This document shows, in pieces, positions 1-9,871 of a stretch of DNA of 64,000 nucleotides. Numbering within the stretch: the stretch's first letter is position 1; each line of letters opens with the position of its first letter. The stretch is taken from IMG/VR virus record IMGVR_UViG_3300021376_000007, one strand, 5' to 3'. This DNA comes from a virus. Under the pieces are notes generated by a model. It was not told the DNA's origin, did not search any database, and saw only the letters and a list, made by a program, of their open reading frames with translations. The position numbers and the translations under genes were made by a program.

Positions 1-100
1 TAAACCACTTTTTGTAAAGAGTGTTTGTGTATTTGGGAGAATCATCTGAAACAATTTCAATTGATTCTATAAAATCGTCAACTGTTTTTTCAATAGACAT
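1..100 (-). CDS. hypothetical protein, 5' part only (runs off window start)
   Basis: ATG at 100 after GAGGA RBS, directly downstream of the AAA gene; frame open to base 1 (MSIEKTVDDFIES...). Confidence 0.5.
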   Translation of the reverse strand, partial: MSIEKTVDDFIESIEIVSDDSPKYTNTLYKKWF

Positions 101-109
101 AATTCCTCG

Positions 110-1708
110 CTAAGCTTTGATTGTCCAATTAGAACTTTGGTTGGTTTTTGTTTTACCAAGTATATCAGATGACTCATCGTACTGAGCGGTAGAGGCCCAA
201 TCCCAATTGTTCATCGCATATGCATATAAATCTTTAATCATTTGACGGTCTTTGTTCCAAAGAATATTCTTGGTCAAAGGAACTTGAGCAAGAATATCTT
301 GAGTTGTTATAGGACGACGATATAAAGAAACAATATTAAAAGTAACTTCTTTAATCAAAGATTTAATTTCTGCACCAGTAAAATACTTGATAGAATGAGC
401 AATTTGTTCAAGATTAAAATCAAAGTTAGGAAGATATATTTTAAGAATATCAATTCTTTCAGCAAAAGAAGGAAGACCAACAAAGAAAATTTTGTCAAAA
501 CGCTCTGCGCGAAGCATTTCGGGCTTGAGATGGGTAAGCTGATTTGCTGCGCACATCAAGAATACGTTGTCAGGAAGTTCTTGAAGTCCTGTCAAAAATT
601 CGCCATGAACACGATCAGTAGTGCCACCGTCTACATGGCTGGAAGATTGACCGCCAGACATATCGCGACCGAACTCATCGATCCATACACAAAGAGGAGC
701 CATTGCTTTGATTTGACGAAAAACCATGCGCATGTTTGCTTCTGATTGGCCAATGAATGAATTCATGACTTGACTAACACCGGTGCGTGCAAGGTCAAGA
801 CCCAGAGCATTAGCGGTGGCTTCACAAATAGCTGATTTACCAGTGCCTGGAACGCCAACAGTAAGAATTCTGCGCAAAGGTTGTATGCCGTATTTCTGCG
901 CTTCTTGTGGGTTGTTCCAGAAATATAGGTTGTTGCTGATTATATTTTTGATATTGTCAAGTCCACCAATGCTATCAAAATCTATTTTAGGTTTGATGAT
1001 CTCAAGAATACCATTTTTCTTGATATCAGACATCTTGGATTTGTAAATATACTGAGCATCTACAGAACCGGTTTCAAGAATTGAAGTCAAACAAAGATTA
1101 ATGAACTTAGACTCAGAAAGACCAAGTCCCGAATTTGCGATATCTTTTGCCTTCGCTTTATCTACTATGTCGCTTCCAGTCGATTGATATATGTGATATA
1201 GAATATCATGCAATTCGTCAAAAGTGGGATAGAGATCTTCATGAAAATAAACCATATGAGCAATATCTTCTGGTGGATCAAATGGAGAAAGAACAATTAC
1301 TTGAATGGGAAGCAATGATATATCGTCGTTCATGAAAGAAGAACGATATTCATAACTAGAAGAAGCAATATATGAACCAAACATCATAGAGAATGCTTTA
1401 GGATCTCCATGTTGATGATGTATAAAAGTTTTTGTATGATCTTTAAAGTCAGGAGAATTTTTCATAAAATCAAATGCCACAGATACATCTGCAGTGGTAG
1501 TAACTATGGGATTTGACGGACTTTCTGAATTTGGAATTGTAATCAACAAAGGTTTCCATTTTCCAGATACAAAATGAGAAAACCCATTTTTGTTAATTGT
1601 AAAATAAGACCTTTTAGCAAAAGAGGTAATTAGATCCTCAATGCGATAAGGGTCTACTGTCTTAACCCATATCGCAGGAGTTCCTATTTGAATTTGTTGA
1701 AACAACAT
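110..1708 (-). CDS. AAA+ ATPase (Ycf46/CDC48-like single active AAA)
   Basis: Walker A GVPGTGKS, Walker B VWIDE, SRH-like PEMLRAERFD. Start moved to ATG 1708 (GGAGA RBS) because the ORF-track start at 1768 lies in a hairpin. Confidence 0.9.
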   Translation of the reverse strand: MLFQQIQIGTPAIWVKTVDPYRIEDLITSFAKRSYFTINKNGFSHFVSGKWKPLLITIPNSESPSNPIVTTTADVSVAFDFMKNSPDFKDHTKTFIHHQHGDPKAFSMMFGSYIASSSYEYRSSFMNDDISLLPIQVIVLSPFDPPEDIAHMVYFHEDLYPTFDELHDILYHIYQSTGSDIVDKAKAKDIANSGLGLSESKFINLCLTSILETGSVDAQYIYKSKMSDIKKNGILEIIKPKIDFDSIGGLDNIKNIISNNLYFWNNPQEAQKYGIQPLRRILTVGVPGTGKSAICEATANALGLDLARTGVSQVMNSFIGQSEANMRMVFRQIKAMAPLCVWIDEFGRDMSGGQSSSHVDGGTTDRVHGEFLTGLQELPDNVFLMCAANQLTHLKPEMLRAERFDKIFFVGLPSFAERIDILKIYLPNFDFNLEQIAHSIKYFTGAEIKSLIKEVTFNIVSLYRRPITTQDILAQVPLTKNILWNKDRQMIKDLYAYAMNNWDWASTAQYDESSDILGKTKTNQSSNWTIKA

Positions 1709-1749
1709 CAAGTCTCCAATATCAAAATTATAAATTAAAGCCTCTATAA

Positions 1750-1835
1750 AAAATTGGGGGGGGACCATTCATAATGAATTTAATAAATCAAATTCAAATT
1801 ATAAAATTTAATTTAATAGTCCCCCCCCAAAATTT
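1750..1835 (-). terminator. inverted repeat between Ubl and AAA genes (terminator/processing site)
   Basis: AATTGGGGGGGGGAC ... GTCCCCCCCCAAAATT arms around a very AT-rich loop. Confidence 0.5.
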
Positions 1836-1864
1836 GGAAAGACAAAAGTCTTTCGCGAAAATAA

Positions 1865-2116
1865 TCAGCCCTTTTCGCCTGCGCGACGATGGAACTCTAC
1901 GTTGTCACCAGGCTGAATAACATAGTTCTCGTCAAGCTTGTCCTTGCCCTTGTAGGCAATGGCGTCGGAAGCAATGCCCCAAAGCTTGGAAAACTGCTGA
2001 CGAACGTCAGATACAGTCTTACCGGAAACTGGAGCAGGCTGATTGTAAACACCATAACGGATGTTAGCAGGTGCGTTTTGATTGGAAATGTTGGTCTGAT
2101 TGGAATTGAGTTCCAT
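1865..2116 (-). CDS. prokaryotic ubiquitin-like (beta-grasp) protein
   Basis: 83 aa; GKTVSDVR...YVIQPGDNVEF pattern of ThiS/MoaD/Ub folds; ends RRAGEKG with terminal Gly; directly after E1 gene. Confidence 0.8.
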   Translation of the reverse strand: MELNSNQTNISNQNAPANIRYGVYNQPAPVSGKTVSDVRQQFSKLWGIASDAIAYKGKDKLDENYVIQPGDNVEFHRRAGEKG

Positions 2117-2144
2117 GATTTTCTCCTATTATTAATTGATGAAT

Positions 2145-2894
2145 TTAAACCAAAATTTGAGATGTTACCATGCGATTGTATGGCTGAGCCATACCCAAAG
2201 CCAAATCAAAGTATATCTCTGATTGTTCTGGACTTTGTTCAAACACTATGGTGTGTTGAATCCGACCAAGTATAATTGCAGCAACAGCCATGTTGGTAGC
2301 CAAAATTTGGGTACCACCGTCTATTTCTGCTCTTTCTTGACAGGACATTTCGCCTGGATTACGGTCTGGTGGGTTTTGATATTCTGGGTGTGTTTCCACT
2401 GGATGAGCAGTAATATCATGACCGTTGCGTCTTTGATAGTGGTAGACACTACCAAACAACGCATCGTCATTACCTCCAGTGAAAACATCTACGTTATTGA
2501 TTTTCGATGCAGCGTCAAACAATATTTTACGTGCAGCAAAATTGTCAACAACGGCGATTACAATGTCATTTTCTCTAATAAGATCGGAAGCCTTGATTTT
2601 GTTCGAATCATCGTCGGTTGGAGGATGCTGATCAGAAACAACCCATTTTGGAACGGGTATGATAATTGTATTATGAAACTTCTCAGTAAGCTCAAGAGCC
2701 TTCACAGAAGCCTTGTTGCCCATTTGAGTAAAAGATTGGCGTTCAAGATTCTTCTGCTCAAAATTGTCACCGTCGACAATTAGCATAGCCGAGTTGGGAT
2801 ATTTCCATTCAAGCAATCTGGCCAAACCTTCGGAAAGCCAAGTGCCGATGCCTCCTGCACCAACAAGGACAATTCGTTTTTGATTCTCTTGCAT
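2145..2894 (-). CDS. ThiF/E1-like adenylating enzyme
   Basis: GAGGIG, VDGD..E.KNLERQ, KA, VVDNFAAR motifs; SC candidate catalytic Cys; no CxxC zinc pairs (PRTRC-type). Confidence 0.92.
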   Translation of the reverse strand: MQENQKRIVLVGAGGIGTWLSEGLARLLEWKYPNSAMLIVDGDNFEQKNLERQSFTQMGNKASVKALELTEKFHNTIIIPVPKWVVSDQHPPTDDDSNKIKASDLIRENDIVIAVVDNFAARKILFDAASKINNVDVFTGGNDDALFGSVYHYQRRNGHDITAHPVETHPEYQNPPDRNPGEMSCQERAEIDGGTQILATNMAVAAIILGRIQHTIVFEQSPEQSEIYFDLALGMAQPYNRMVTSQILV

Positions 2895-2909
2895 TAAAAT
2901 TTAACCCTT

Positions 2910-4556
2910 TCAGTAAGATTCTTTTTCGAGGCTATTAACAGTCCAATGTACAAACAAAGAACATTCTTTTATTAATGTTTGAATTTTTGTTTTGTCTTTT
3001 GCGTGATCAAGAATGGATGTGAGATAAGGAACGCATTGTCTAGTGTAATAGTGTTCACAATTATGGCAACTGGCAGTTGGATCGTAAACATTATGAGGAT
3101 GATCATAATCATAATCCACAATATCATTGTAAGTTACAGGAACAGTGCACTTATCGCAAGGTGAGAGGTAAAGATCACTCAAAGGACGGTCGCAACAAAC
3201 AGTGTTTTCATAGTTAAAACCTTCATAATAATAAGCATCAAGATTATTTGGTTCAAGGAAAGAACTAGACATTGCATCATCTATTTCATTATCTGAATAT
3301 GAAACATTGTAAAAATCTTGTATTTTGAGCATCATTTGCTCTTGATCATCATCTTCGGCAACCCAAAGATAAACAGAAACGTTCTTAGATTTATTACGTC
3401 TTTCCAAGTATCTATCAACTGATTCAAGTATATCTTGATGAGAATCTTCACAAAGAGCAAATAACATATCGCAATTATTGCAAACAAATTCATGGCTGTA
3501 ACCATGAACAACCGAATTGCAAGAAGGACACTTAAGATTCAACAAATTTTTAGAAATGTCCACTTCGGCAACGACGATATATGGATTGGGATCTTTGGGG
3601 TCAGGATATACTTGGAGAAATGGATCGCCTTTAATACCAACTTGAATATAATCCCGCTGAGGAGGCTTGAACTCCTGAACTATAGGGCGAGTTGGCGGAG
3701 TTAGCGTAAGCGGACCCCCCTGGGGGGGTAGCACTTTTTTTACTTTAGAGGTCCATTCAATGACTTGAGGATCTGGTTCTTTATTAAAAGTTACGTCAGC
3801 AAAAACATCTTCTGGCTTTAGTGTCCAAACAGAACCACTCATTTGCATTTCAATATGATACTGAGTGGCACCATTGTTGACAGATTTTTGCCAACCATAA
3901 GTAATATGCAAACCATCAAAATCAGCTTGATCGTCGTGATCAACGCCAGAAGCGTAAGCTGCCATGTTGGGATGGCTGTGGACAGAACCAACAATCATAA
4001 CGTGATCTGGCTTTTGATTAACAACACTGTCGGGATCATATTTACAATGGACAGAAGTGTTAACTTGATCAGGAACAAGAATTCCCCAACCTTCAGAATT
4101 GTCAACAAAATTAGGATCAAATGTCAAAAGAACTATTGATTCTGTACCATGTTGAAAGTCAACAAGCCTAAAGAACTCATCAAGTCTAGATACAATTTCA
4201 CGGGGAATTGGAGGAAGAGAATATGTAGCGCCTTCTCGAACAGGCTGAAAATCATAAATGTCTTCATTCTTAACTTGAGTTACAGAACGACCAACAAAAT
4301 TGTTGACGACTTTTACTATAGAAGTAGAAAAGTCAGTCAAAATTGTGGTGTTGACTTTTTGAACACCCTTGTCCCATATTTTATTTTCTATTTTACGATC
4401 TTCAGCAATGTTGCAAATCAGATAATAGATAGTAAAACCAAGGTTTTCAATAATATCTTCTATGTTGTCGCGGTCAGCCATAAAACATGGTACGCCGGAT
4501 TTAGTCCAAAAATAATTTAGATCTTCCAATGTCAAAGGTTCTTGTTCTGTAGTCAT
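2910..4556 (-). CDS. JAB/MPN+ metallopeptidase with C-terminal Cys-rich zinc-binding region
   Basis: E...GSVHSHPNMAAYASGVD = JAMM ExnHSHx7Sx2D motif; later CPSC/CNNC/CDKC/CHNC. Confidence 0.85.
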   Translation of the reverse strand: MTTEQEPLTLEDLNYFWTKSGVPCFMADRDNIEDIIENLGFTIYYLICNIAEDRKIENKIWDKGVQKVNTTILTDFSTSIVKVVNNFVGRSVTQVKNEDIYDFQPVREGATYSLPPIPREIVSRLDEFFRLVDFQHGTESIVLLTFDPNFVDNSEGWGILVPDQVNTSVHCKYDPDSVVNQKPDHVMIVGSVHSHPNMAAYASGVDHDDQADFDGLHITYGWQKSVNNGATQYHIEMQMSGSVWTLKPEDVFADVTFNKEPDPQVIEWTSKVKKVLPPQGGPLTLTPPTRPIVQEFKPPQRDYIQVGIKGDPFLQVYPDPKDPNPYIVVAEVDISKNLLNLKCPSCNSVVHGYSHEFVCNNCDMLFALCEDSHQDILESVDRYLERRNKSKNVSVYLWVAEDDDQEQMMLKIQDFYNVSYSDNEIDDAMSSSFLEPNNLDAYYYEGFNYENTVCCDRPLSDLYLSPCDKCTVPVTYNDIVDYDYDHPHNVYDPTASCHNCEHYYTRQCVPYLTSILDHAKDKTKIQTLIKECSLFVHWTVNSLEKESY

Positions 4557-6469
4557 TATATCTCCGTAAATAAATTTATAGGTTTGTTATTTACAACATA
4601 AGGCAAATGCATTTGTTGATAAAGTTTGAAATTGATAACTTGATCAAAAACAGATTGAGAAATCGGCACATAATCTGCCGCAAGTTCTTGACTTCCGTCT
4701 TCCTGAACAACAAGATGAATGTTACCTATACAAGACATGCAGCATTGCTGAACAGTGTATAGATCACCAGAATCATCAGAAATAGTTGTTTGGTGAGGGA
4801 AAGCAGTGACATCTTCCTTTTGTTTGAGAAAACCACAAGGACACAAAACAAAATTAGGCAGACACGTGTGGCATATATAAGAATCTTGGACATTGAAAGA
4901 ATCAGGATTTCCTGCCGGGGTGTAGTTGCCTTCTTCGTCGAAGGTTCCCATCGGCGCAGAAGAAAGTGTAGAAACGTTCCAATTGGAAGTTTTGTAATGA
5001 TAATCAAAAGGTTGATAATCTTGATCGTTTATGAGTGGTTTGGAACAAAAATTACAATTTACAAGTTCGTCTGAATCCATTGGCAAAAACTGGTAGAAAC
5101 AAGATTCGCATATGACACCGTACTTGGAATTTGTATACATATGTTGGTTAAGTTTTTGTGAACTTTCAGGACTCACACCAGAAACACCATAAGCATCAGA
5201 ACAATTTTCACAAACAAAAACAGAATCATGAGTTATATGATAATAGCATTCTTGTTCTTGTGAGTAACATACAGAATCATCGTTTGTATCGTAATATTTG
5301 TTTGTAGACGCTATATAACAATAATTTTCTTGAGCACAAAGTTCACAAATCAATGTATTGTAGGCCGTTGGAATGGGTTCATGGTCAGAATAGGCTTCTT
5401 CACAGCAACTACAAACAAAAGAAGAATCAGATTCATTTTCATTGAATATAGGAAGCAGGACATCAGATCCGGTCTTTTGTCTACTTTCAATAGTAAACTG
5501 ATATGGATTGTCTCTGGTTTGATGTCTAGCAATAGAAGGAGACAAAGAAAAAGATCTTTTGAAAATGTCAGCAATTTGTGTGGATGAAAGTTCTAAGTCA
5601 GGACGAGAAACAACGTTGTAAAGCTTGGGGACGTTATTGTCGTTATAATACGCCCTATAATTACCAAGCATGGCCATGGCAAGAGTGAGATATTGGCCAT
5701 TTTCATGATGCCCTTGTTGGTCATCGATACCTTTAACTTGAACAGGAATCCAAAGTTGGTCGTCTAATGTCCACTCATAACCATGTCTTACAGACCTATC
5801 TTGCCATTCAGCAGGGTCCCATAGATATTCTAGCTTGTTGTAAGAAGCATAAAAACGAGGGCCATCTGTTTCAGACATGTTGTTGTCATTGTATGTTTCT
5901 ACTCCAGAGCAACGTTCAATAAAACGAAGAACTTTTTCATTGAAAGGCAGAGATGACCAATCATCATTTTGATAAAGACAAACCCATCCCACACCGTTTC
6001 CGCGGTATCCTTTGCAATTAACGTTGGGAAGATTCACATGATAAAGAATATTGTCTGGAGAAGTGATTGGATAAGGAGAATAAAACATTCTTGCGCCAAG
6101 AAGATTGCCACAATCAAAGTCTCCGATGACTACACGATAAGGCTGAGCAAGATAATACGTAGTAGCTTTTGAATCCCCTTCATAAGCACCCCAGTTTATG
6201 TGATAAAGACCAGGAGCATGTTGGGCAACAATCTGAGTGTGATTGCCAGCAGAACGAATGGCAAGAACACCTGTGCCAGTAAGGGGCAAAAGACCAGTAT
6301 CAAAAGAAGCATGCTGAGAAAATGTCTTGTAAAAAGAAACAATGTCTTTGTCGGTTACGTGATCAAGATCAAAAGATCTAACAACAGACCGAACGGCAAA
6401 AGCACCTTGTTCATTCTTTACAAGAGAATATGAAAATTTATCGTTAACTTCAGTCATTTTAATCACCAT
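4556..6469 (-). CDS. prokaryotic E2-like protein (Prok-E2_D/PRTRC-B-like) fused to multiple zinc fingers
   Basis: LYHVNLPNVN...GVGWVC resembles the LY.APF.NV..G.VC core of this family; about 7 CxxC pairs in the C-half; operon context. Confidence 0.65.
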   Translation of the reverse strand: MVIKMTEVNDKFSYSLVKNEQGAFAVRSVVRSFDLDHVTDKDIVSFYKTFSQHASFDTGLLPLTGTGVLAIRSAGNHTQIVAQHAPGLYHINWGAYEGDSKATTYYLAQPYRVVIGDFDCGNLLGARMFYSPYPITSPDNILYHVNLPNVNCKGYRGNGVGWVCLYQNDDWSSLPFNEKVLRFIERCSGVETYNDNNMSETDGPRFYASYNKLEYLWDPAEWQDRSVRHGYEWTLDDQLWIPVQVKGIDDQQGHHENGQYLTLAMAMLGNYRAYYNDNNVPKLYNVVSRPDLELSSTQIADIFKRSFSLSPSIARHQTRDNPYQFTIESRQKTGSDVLLPIFNENESDSSFVCSCCEEAYSDHEPIPTAYNTLICELCAQENYCYIASTNKYYDTNDDSVCYSQEQECYYHITHDSVFVCENCSDAYGVSGVSPESSQKLNQHMYTNSKYGVICESCFYQFLPMDSDELVNCNFCSKPLINDQDYQPFDYHYKTSNWNVSTLSSAPMGTFDEEGNYTPAGNPDSFNVQDSYICHTCLPNFVLCPCGFLKQKEDVTAFPHQTTISDDSGDLYTVQQCCMSCIGNIHLVVQEDGSQELAADYVPISQSVFDQVINFKLYQQMHLPYVVNNKPINLFTEI

Positions 6470-6851
6470 TCAATAATTCATCAAGATGTTTGTCAATGTC
6501 AGAAGAAAAATCACCAAAAGTATTGGCGAACCAATTTGGTTCTTTCTCTGCCATTTTAATAACTTGAAGTTTAGGAAGAAGCTGATTTCTAAGATCAATA
6601 AGATCTGCTATGCGGTCTACAGCTTTAGCCAATTTTTTAAGATCTTGTTTATTTTCAGTTATATTAATAATAAATTTGAGAACAGGAACATCTTCAATAG
6701 TTATATTGTCGATAATCTTATCTATTCTATCGTTAAGTTTTGAAATATGTGATTCAAGTTGTTGCTTAACTTCTTTGGAAGAATCCAAATTATAATGAAA
6801 GTTTTTAATAGGATTAAGAGAAGACGGAATTTTTTCAGGATAAGAACTCAC
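6459..6851 (-). CDS. hypothetical coiled-coil protein
   Basis: 130-aa ORF overlapping the E2-like gene start; GAGGAG RBS. Confidence 0.7.
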   Translation of the reverse strand: MSSYPEKIPSSLNPIKNFHYNLDSSKEVKQQLESHISKLNDRIDKIIDNITIEDVPVLKFIINITENKQDLKKLAKAVDRIADLIDLRNQLLPKLQVIKMAEKEPNWFANTFGDFSSDIDKHLDELLNGD

Positions 6852-6859
6852 AATACTCC

Positions 6860-7504
6860 TTATGAAAGATAGGTATTAAAACCTAAAGACTTTTTAATAG
6901 AATCAAAAGATTGTGCGATATGCATCGAAGAACTCAATGCAGTATAATCAAAATATGAATAATCCCTGTCAACAATTTGCTGAACAGGAGATCTGTTGAT
7001 TTGTACACAAAGTTTTTCGTAAATATCAATACTGCGATTAATTGCGTGGTTCATAATTTTGATCAACGATCCAAAATATATATTGATAAATTGTGGATTG
7101 ATATCCACTTTTAGATCATTGGCGATGACTCTGATATTTTCGGAATTTGTTTCATCAAGAATAGTTTCAAGAAACGATTTAATAGTGAACCGCTTGATAA
7201 GTGATTCTTCAAGAACATTGGCATACAATTCTCTTGCAAAAGTACCGTTTGTTTGAGCATTCAAATGATCAAAAATTGTGCGATTTAAAGAATCAGTTTG
7301 AAAAATAAAGCGTGCACAGGCTTCATACAAAGTTGTAGAAAGACTGGCACGAAACATGAAGTTTTTGGAACTAAGGTATGTTGAATCGCTATTCTCTTTT
7401 GTTCGATCTATAAAAGAATCAATATCGACATCTGCGGGTTTTGATTCAGTATCAAAAGACGAATCATGAAAAAGATCATCATCATTGTCATTCACATTGT
7501 ACAT
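6860..7504 (-). CDS. hypothetical protein
   Basis: 214-aa ORF with AAGGA RBS, first gene of the Ubl operon region. Confidence 0.7.
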   Translation of the reverse strand: MYNVNDNDDDLFHDSSFDTESKPADVDIDSFIDRTKENSDSTYLSSKNFMFRASLSTTLYEACARFIFQTDSLNRTIFDHLNAQTNGTFARELYANVLEESLIKRFTIKSFLETILDETNSENIRVIANDLKVDINPQFINIYFGSLIKIMNHAINRSIDIYEKLCVQINRSPVQQIVDRDYSYFDYTALSSSMHIAQSFDSIKKSLGFNTYLS

Positions 7505-7542
7505 ATAATTCCTTAATCAAAAGTCCAATATTTTGAATTGAG

Positions 7543-7619
7543 TGCGGGCGACGGGATTTGAACCCGCGTGCCACCAACTACCCTTTCTACACTTTATAAG
7601 AGTGAGGGGATACGCCCGC
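7543..7619 (-). tRNA. non-canonical tRNA-like gene, anticodon TAT (Ile), rearranged arms
   Basis: acceptor GCGGGCG/CGCCCGC+A; T arm GCGGG-TTCAAAT-CCCGT; CACT-CTTATAA-AGTG arm where the D arm is expected; D-loop-like TAGTTGG after it. Confidence 0.65.
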
Positions 7620-7669
7620 TTGAAATAGCGGTGATGTATCCAAACATATTCGAAAGGGCAATCGATGTA

Positions 7670-7966
7670 CTAATCGCATTCTGTGATCCTTAAATAACGC
7701 CTGACAGTCATCGGGACGATTTGTGATTCTTTGACATTTGAATGATAATCCAAATTAGTGAAATAGGAAGAATTGAAAGCAATAAACATTTGCGCATCAT
7801 ACAACGTCGGAAAACGATATGTAGAAGAAGAAGGCAATAGTTCTACACACCAGCATAAACCATCATAACCTTTCATTTCGGCATCGTAATACATGACGAC
7901 ATGTGGAACAGCAATTTCTTCCATGCTTATGTCCTCTTTTTCAAAATTAGATGTCGGTGGAGGCAA
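7670..7966 (-). CDS. hypothetical protein
   Basis: ORF on the coding strand between tRNA genes; true start may be MEEIAV. Confidence 0.5.
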   Translation of the reverse strand: MPPPTSNFEKEDISMEEIAVPHVVMYYDAEMKGYDGLCWCVELLPSSSTYRFPTLYDAQMFIAFNSSYFTNLDYHSNVKESQIVPMTVRRYLRITECD

Positions 7967-8232
7967 TGTCCAAGAACCTCCACCGACAAATCAGTTGACC
8001 AACAATGCATAATTGGTAAAATCTTACACAGAAAGTTTTAGATGAAACGTTCTGGTTTTGAATGATCACGTTCATGGATAGAGCAGTAATCAGCAAAATT
8101 ATATCTGGATAATATAGTTTTGCATTTTTTGTGTTGACATCTGCGAAGTTCGGTGGAACTAACAATTTTGGAAGGCTTTGGTTGATAGCCTTGAGCAGAA
8201 TACGATCTCATAGTAAACTTTCTTTCTCATTG

Positions 8233-8306
<74 letters not shown>

Positions 8307-8333
8307 CAAGTCATACGCAAGTGCCTAAATTAA

Positions 8334-8531
8334 TTATTCTTCTCGCCAAATTGGATTTTGCAGGATAATGGGTTTATTTTGAACAGGGACAGGTTCAGAA
8401 TTATTGGAAAATAAACAAGGTTCAGATTCCATCATCAGCTTAATTAAAAGAGCTGGTTGAACATTTGTACCTGCAAGCTCTTCAGCGAGTTCTTTCTCAT
8501 AAGCCTCTATATCGTGAGTGTCCCTGTTCAT
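8334..8531 (-). CDS. hypothetical protein
   Basis: 65-aa ORF overlapping the upstream gene by 4 nt. Confidence 0.55.
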   Translation of the reverse strand: MNRDTHDIEAYEKELAEELAGTNVQPALLIKLMMESEPCLFSNNSEPVPVQNKPIILQNPIWREE

Positions 8532-8725
8532 TTTGTGCTAGCCTTATCTGAATTTGAAATAATGCCATTCAAAGAAACTTGCCAAGCACTCTTTGCACGG
8601 GGTTTTGTTTGTTTTAAATATTCTTGCTCAGTAGCGGACATGCCATACAAGATTGCTCCTGTAAAGGCAATAAGAAAAATCACCGCTCCGAAGCAAAATA
8701 AAGTTGTTTCAGACACAATCACCAA
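8528..8725 (-). CDS. small membrane protein
   Basis: hydrophobic N-terminal helix LFCFGAVIFLIAFTGAILYG. Confidence 0.6.
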   Translation of the reverse strand: MVIVSETTLFCFGAVIFLIAFTGAILYGMSATEQEYLKQTKPRAKSAWQVSLNGIISNSDKASTK

Positions 8726-8910
8726 TCTCTATCTTTGAGTGCTATCATGAAAGAGCCAAGAGCAAGAATAGAAGGTACCCAAATACCAACATAAATGCCA
8801 TTGAGCTTGTCCATTTCAGTGTCTCCGCTGAAGAAAAGCGAAATACTCAAAATAAGACCAGCAAAAGCTGACAAAATAGTTGTGGACTTAAGAATTTTTA
8901 ATGGTTTCAT
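8719..8910 (-). CDS. small two-TM membrane protein
   Basis: two hydrophobic segments; GIYVGIWVPSIL. Confidence 0.65.
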   Translation of the reverse strand: MKPLKILKSTTILSAFAGLILSISLFFSGDTEMDKLNGIYVGIWVPSILALGSFMIALKDRDW

Positions 8911-9049
8911 TGTTTTGTCTTTCTATTATTGATTGATTATTATTATACAAACTTAACAGTTACTTTTACTTGGTCTGGGGGCAAGTAGGTTGGTAAAGCT
9001 TATGGGGACTGTTGGCTCCCAATCGTGGACGAAAATAATATGACAGTTA

Positions 9050-9244
9050 TCAATCGTCCTCGAAAGAAGTTTCATAATTTAGCCTAGCAAGACTGACAAC
9101 AGGACCGTATTGATCCCAAATATCATCGTCGCCAGTAGCTATTCCATAAGGAATTTTGTTTTCAGAATCAAGTTCTTCATAAGCTTCAAGAAGAAATTGA
9201 TAACGAAGTTCTTCTTCAAGATCATCAAAATCAGGATGATTCAT
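9050..9244 (-). CDS. hypothetical acidic protein
   Basis: ORF coupled to upstream gene. Confidence 0.6.
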   Translation of the reverse strand: MNHPDFDDLEEELRYQFLLEAYEELDSENKIPYGIATGDDDIWDQYGPVVSLARLNYETSFEDD

Positions 9245-9563
9245 TCAAACTCTCCTTATAGATGTTAAAATTATTCTTTATATCCGACCAAGCAGAATTA
9301 TATTTTTGTGCAAAGAAGGAAAATTCTTCCTCTATTTTTGATTGAAGACCCTTGTTGGAAAGTTCAATAAGCAGATCAAAAAAAAGAGTGTCAGAAGTAG
9401 AAAAATGGGGATCTTTTCCAGTAATAGGATTTCTAACGCGAACGTACTGGGCATCTTTCATTGGAATCATCAAAGTGTAAGATGAGTTCTTGGCAAAATC
9501 TATGGAAATTTCTTCGTCAGAACGAGTTTCTTTTTTTTGAGTTTTAGATTTAAAAGGAGGCAT
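9231..9563 (-). CDS. hypothetical protein
   Basis: 110-aa ORF in a tight gene run. Confidence 0.65.
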   Translation of the reverse strand: MPPFKSKTQKKETRSDEEISIDFAKNSSYTLMIPMKDAQYVRVRNPITGKDPHFSTSDTLFFDLLIELSNKGLQSKIEEEFSFFAQKYNSAWSDIKNNFNIYKESLNESS

Positions 9564-9564
9564 T

Positions 9565-9843
9565 TTATTCCTTTCCTCCTCTCTGGTAATAATGACTTAA
9601 AGCTTCAGGCAAAGTAAAACAATAATCGCCAGTTTCAGCAGACCAGCCTTCGGGGCGAGCAATTACATTCCATACTACGTATGGATGATACTCGCCCTCC
9701 TTGGCACAAATAGCAACCCATTGAGCAAAAGACTCACCAGGATCTCTATCCGCTACTTTGGTGCGAGCAATAACCATACGTTTGGTGTCGCCAACAATGT
9801 CGCCAAGCATCAATTGATTATTAAGATTTAATTCATTTGTCAT
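9565..9843 (-). CDS. hypothetical protein
   Basis: 92-aa ORF with AAGGA RBS. Confidence 0.7.
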   Translation of the reverse strand: MTNELNLNNQLMLGDIVGDTKRMVIARTKVADRDPGESFAQWVAICAKEGEYHPYVVWNVIARPEGWSAETGDYCFTLPEALSHYYQRGGKE

Positions 9844-9871
9844 AAAGAATCCTTAAGAAGTATTGAGTTTA

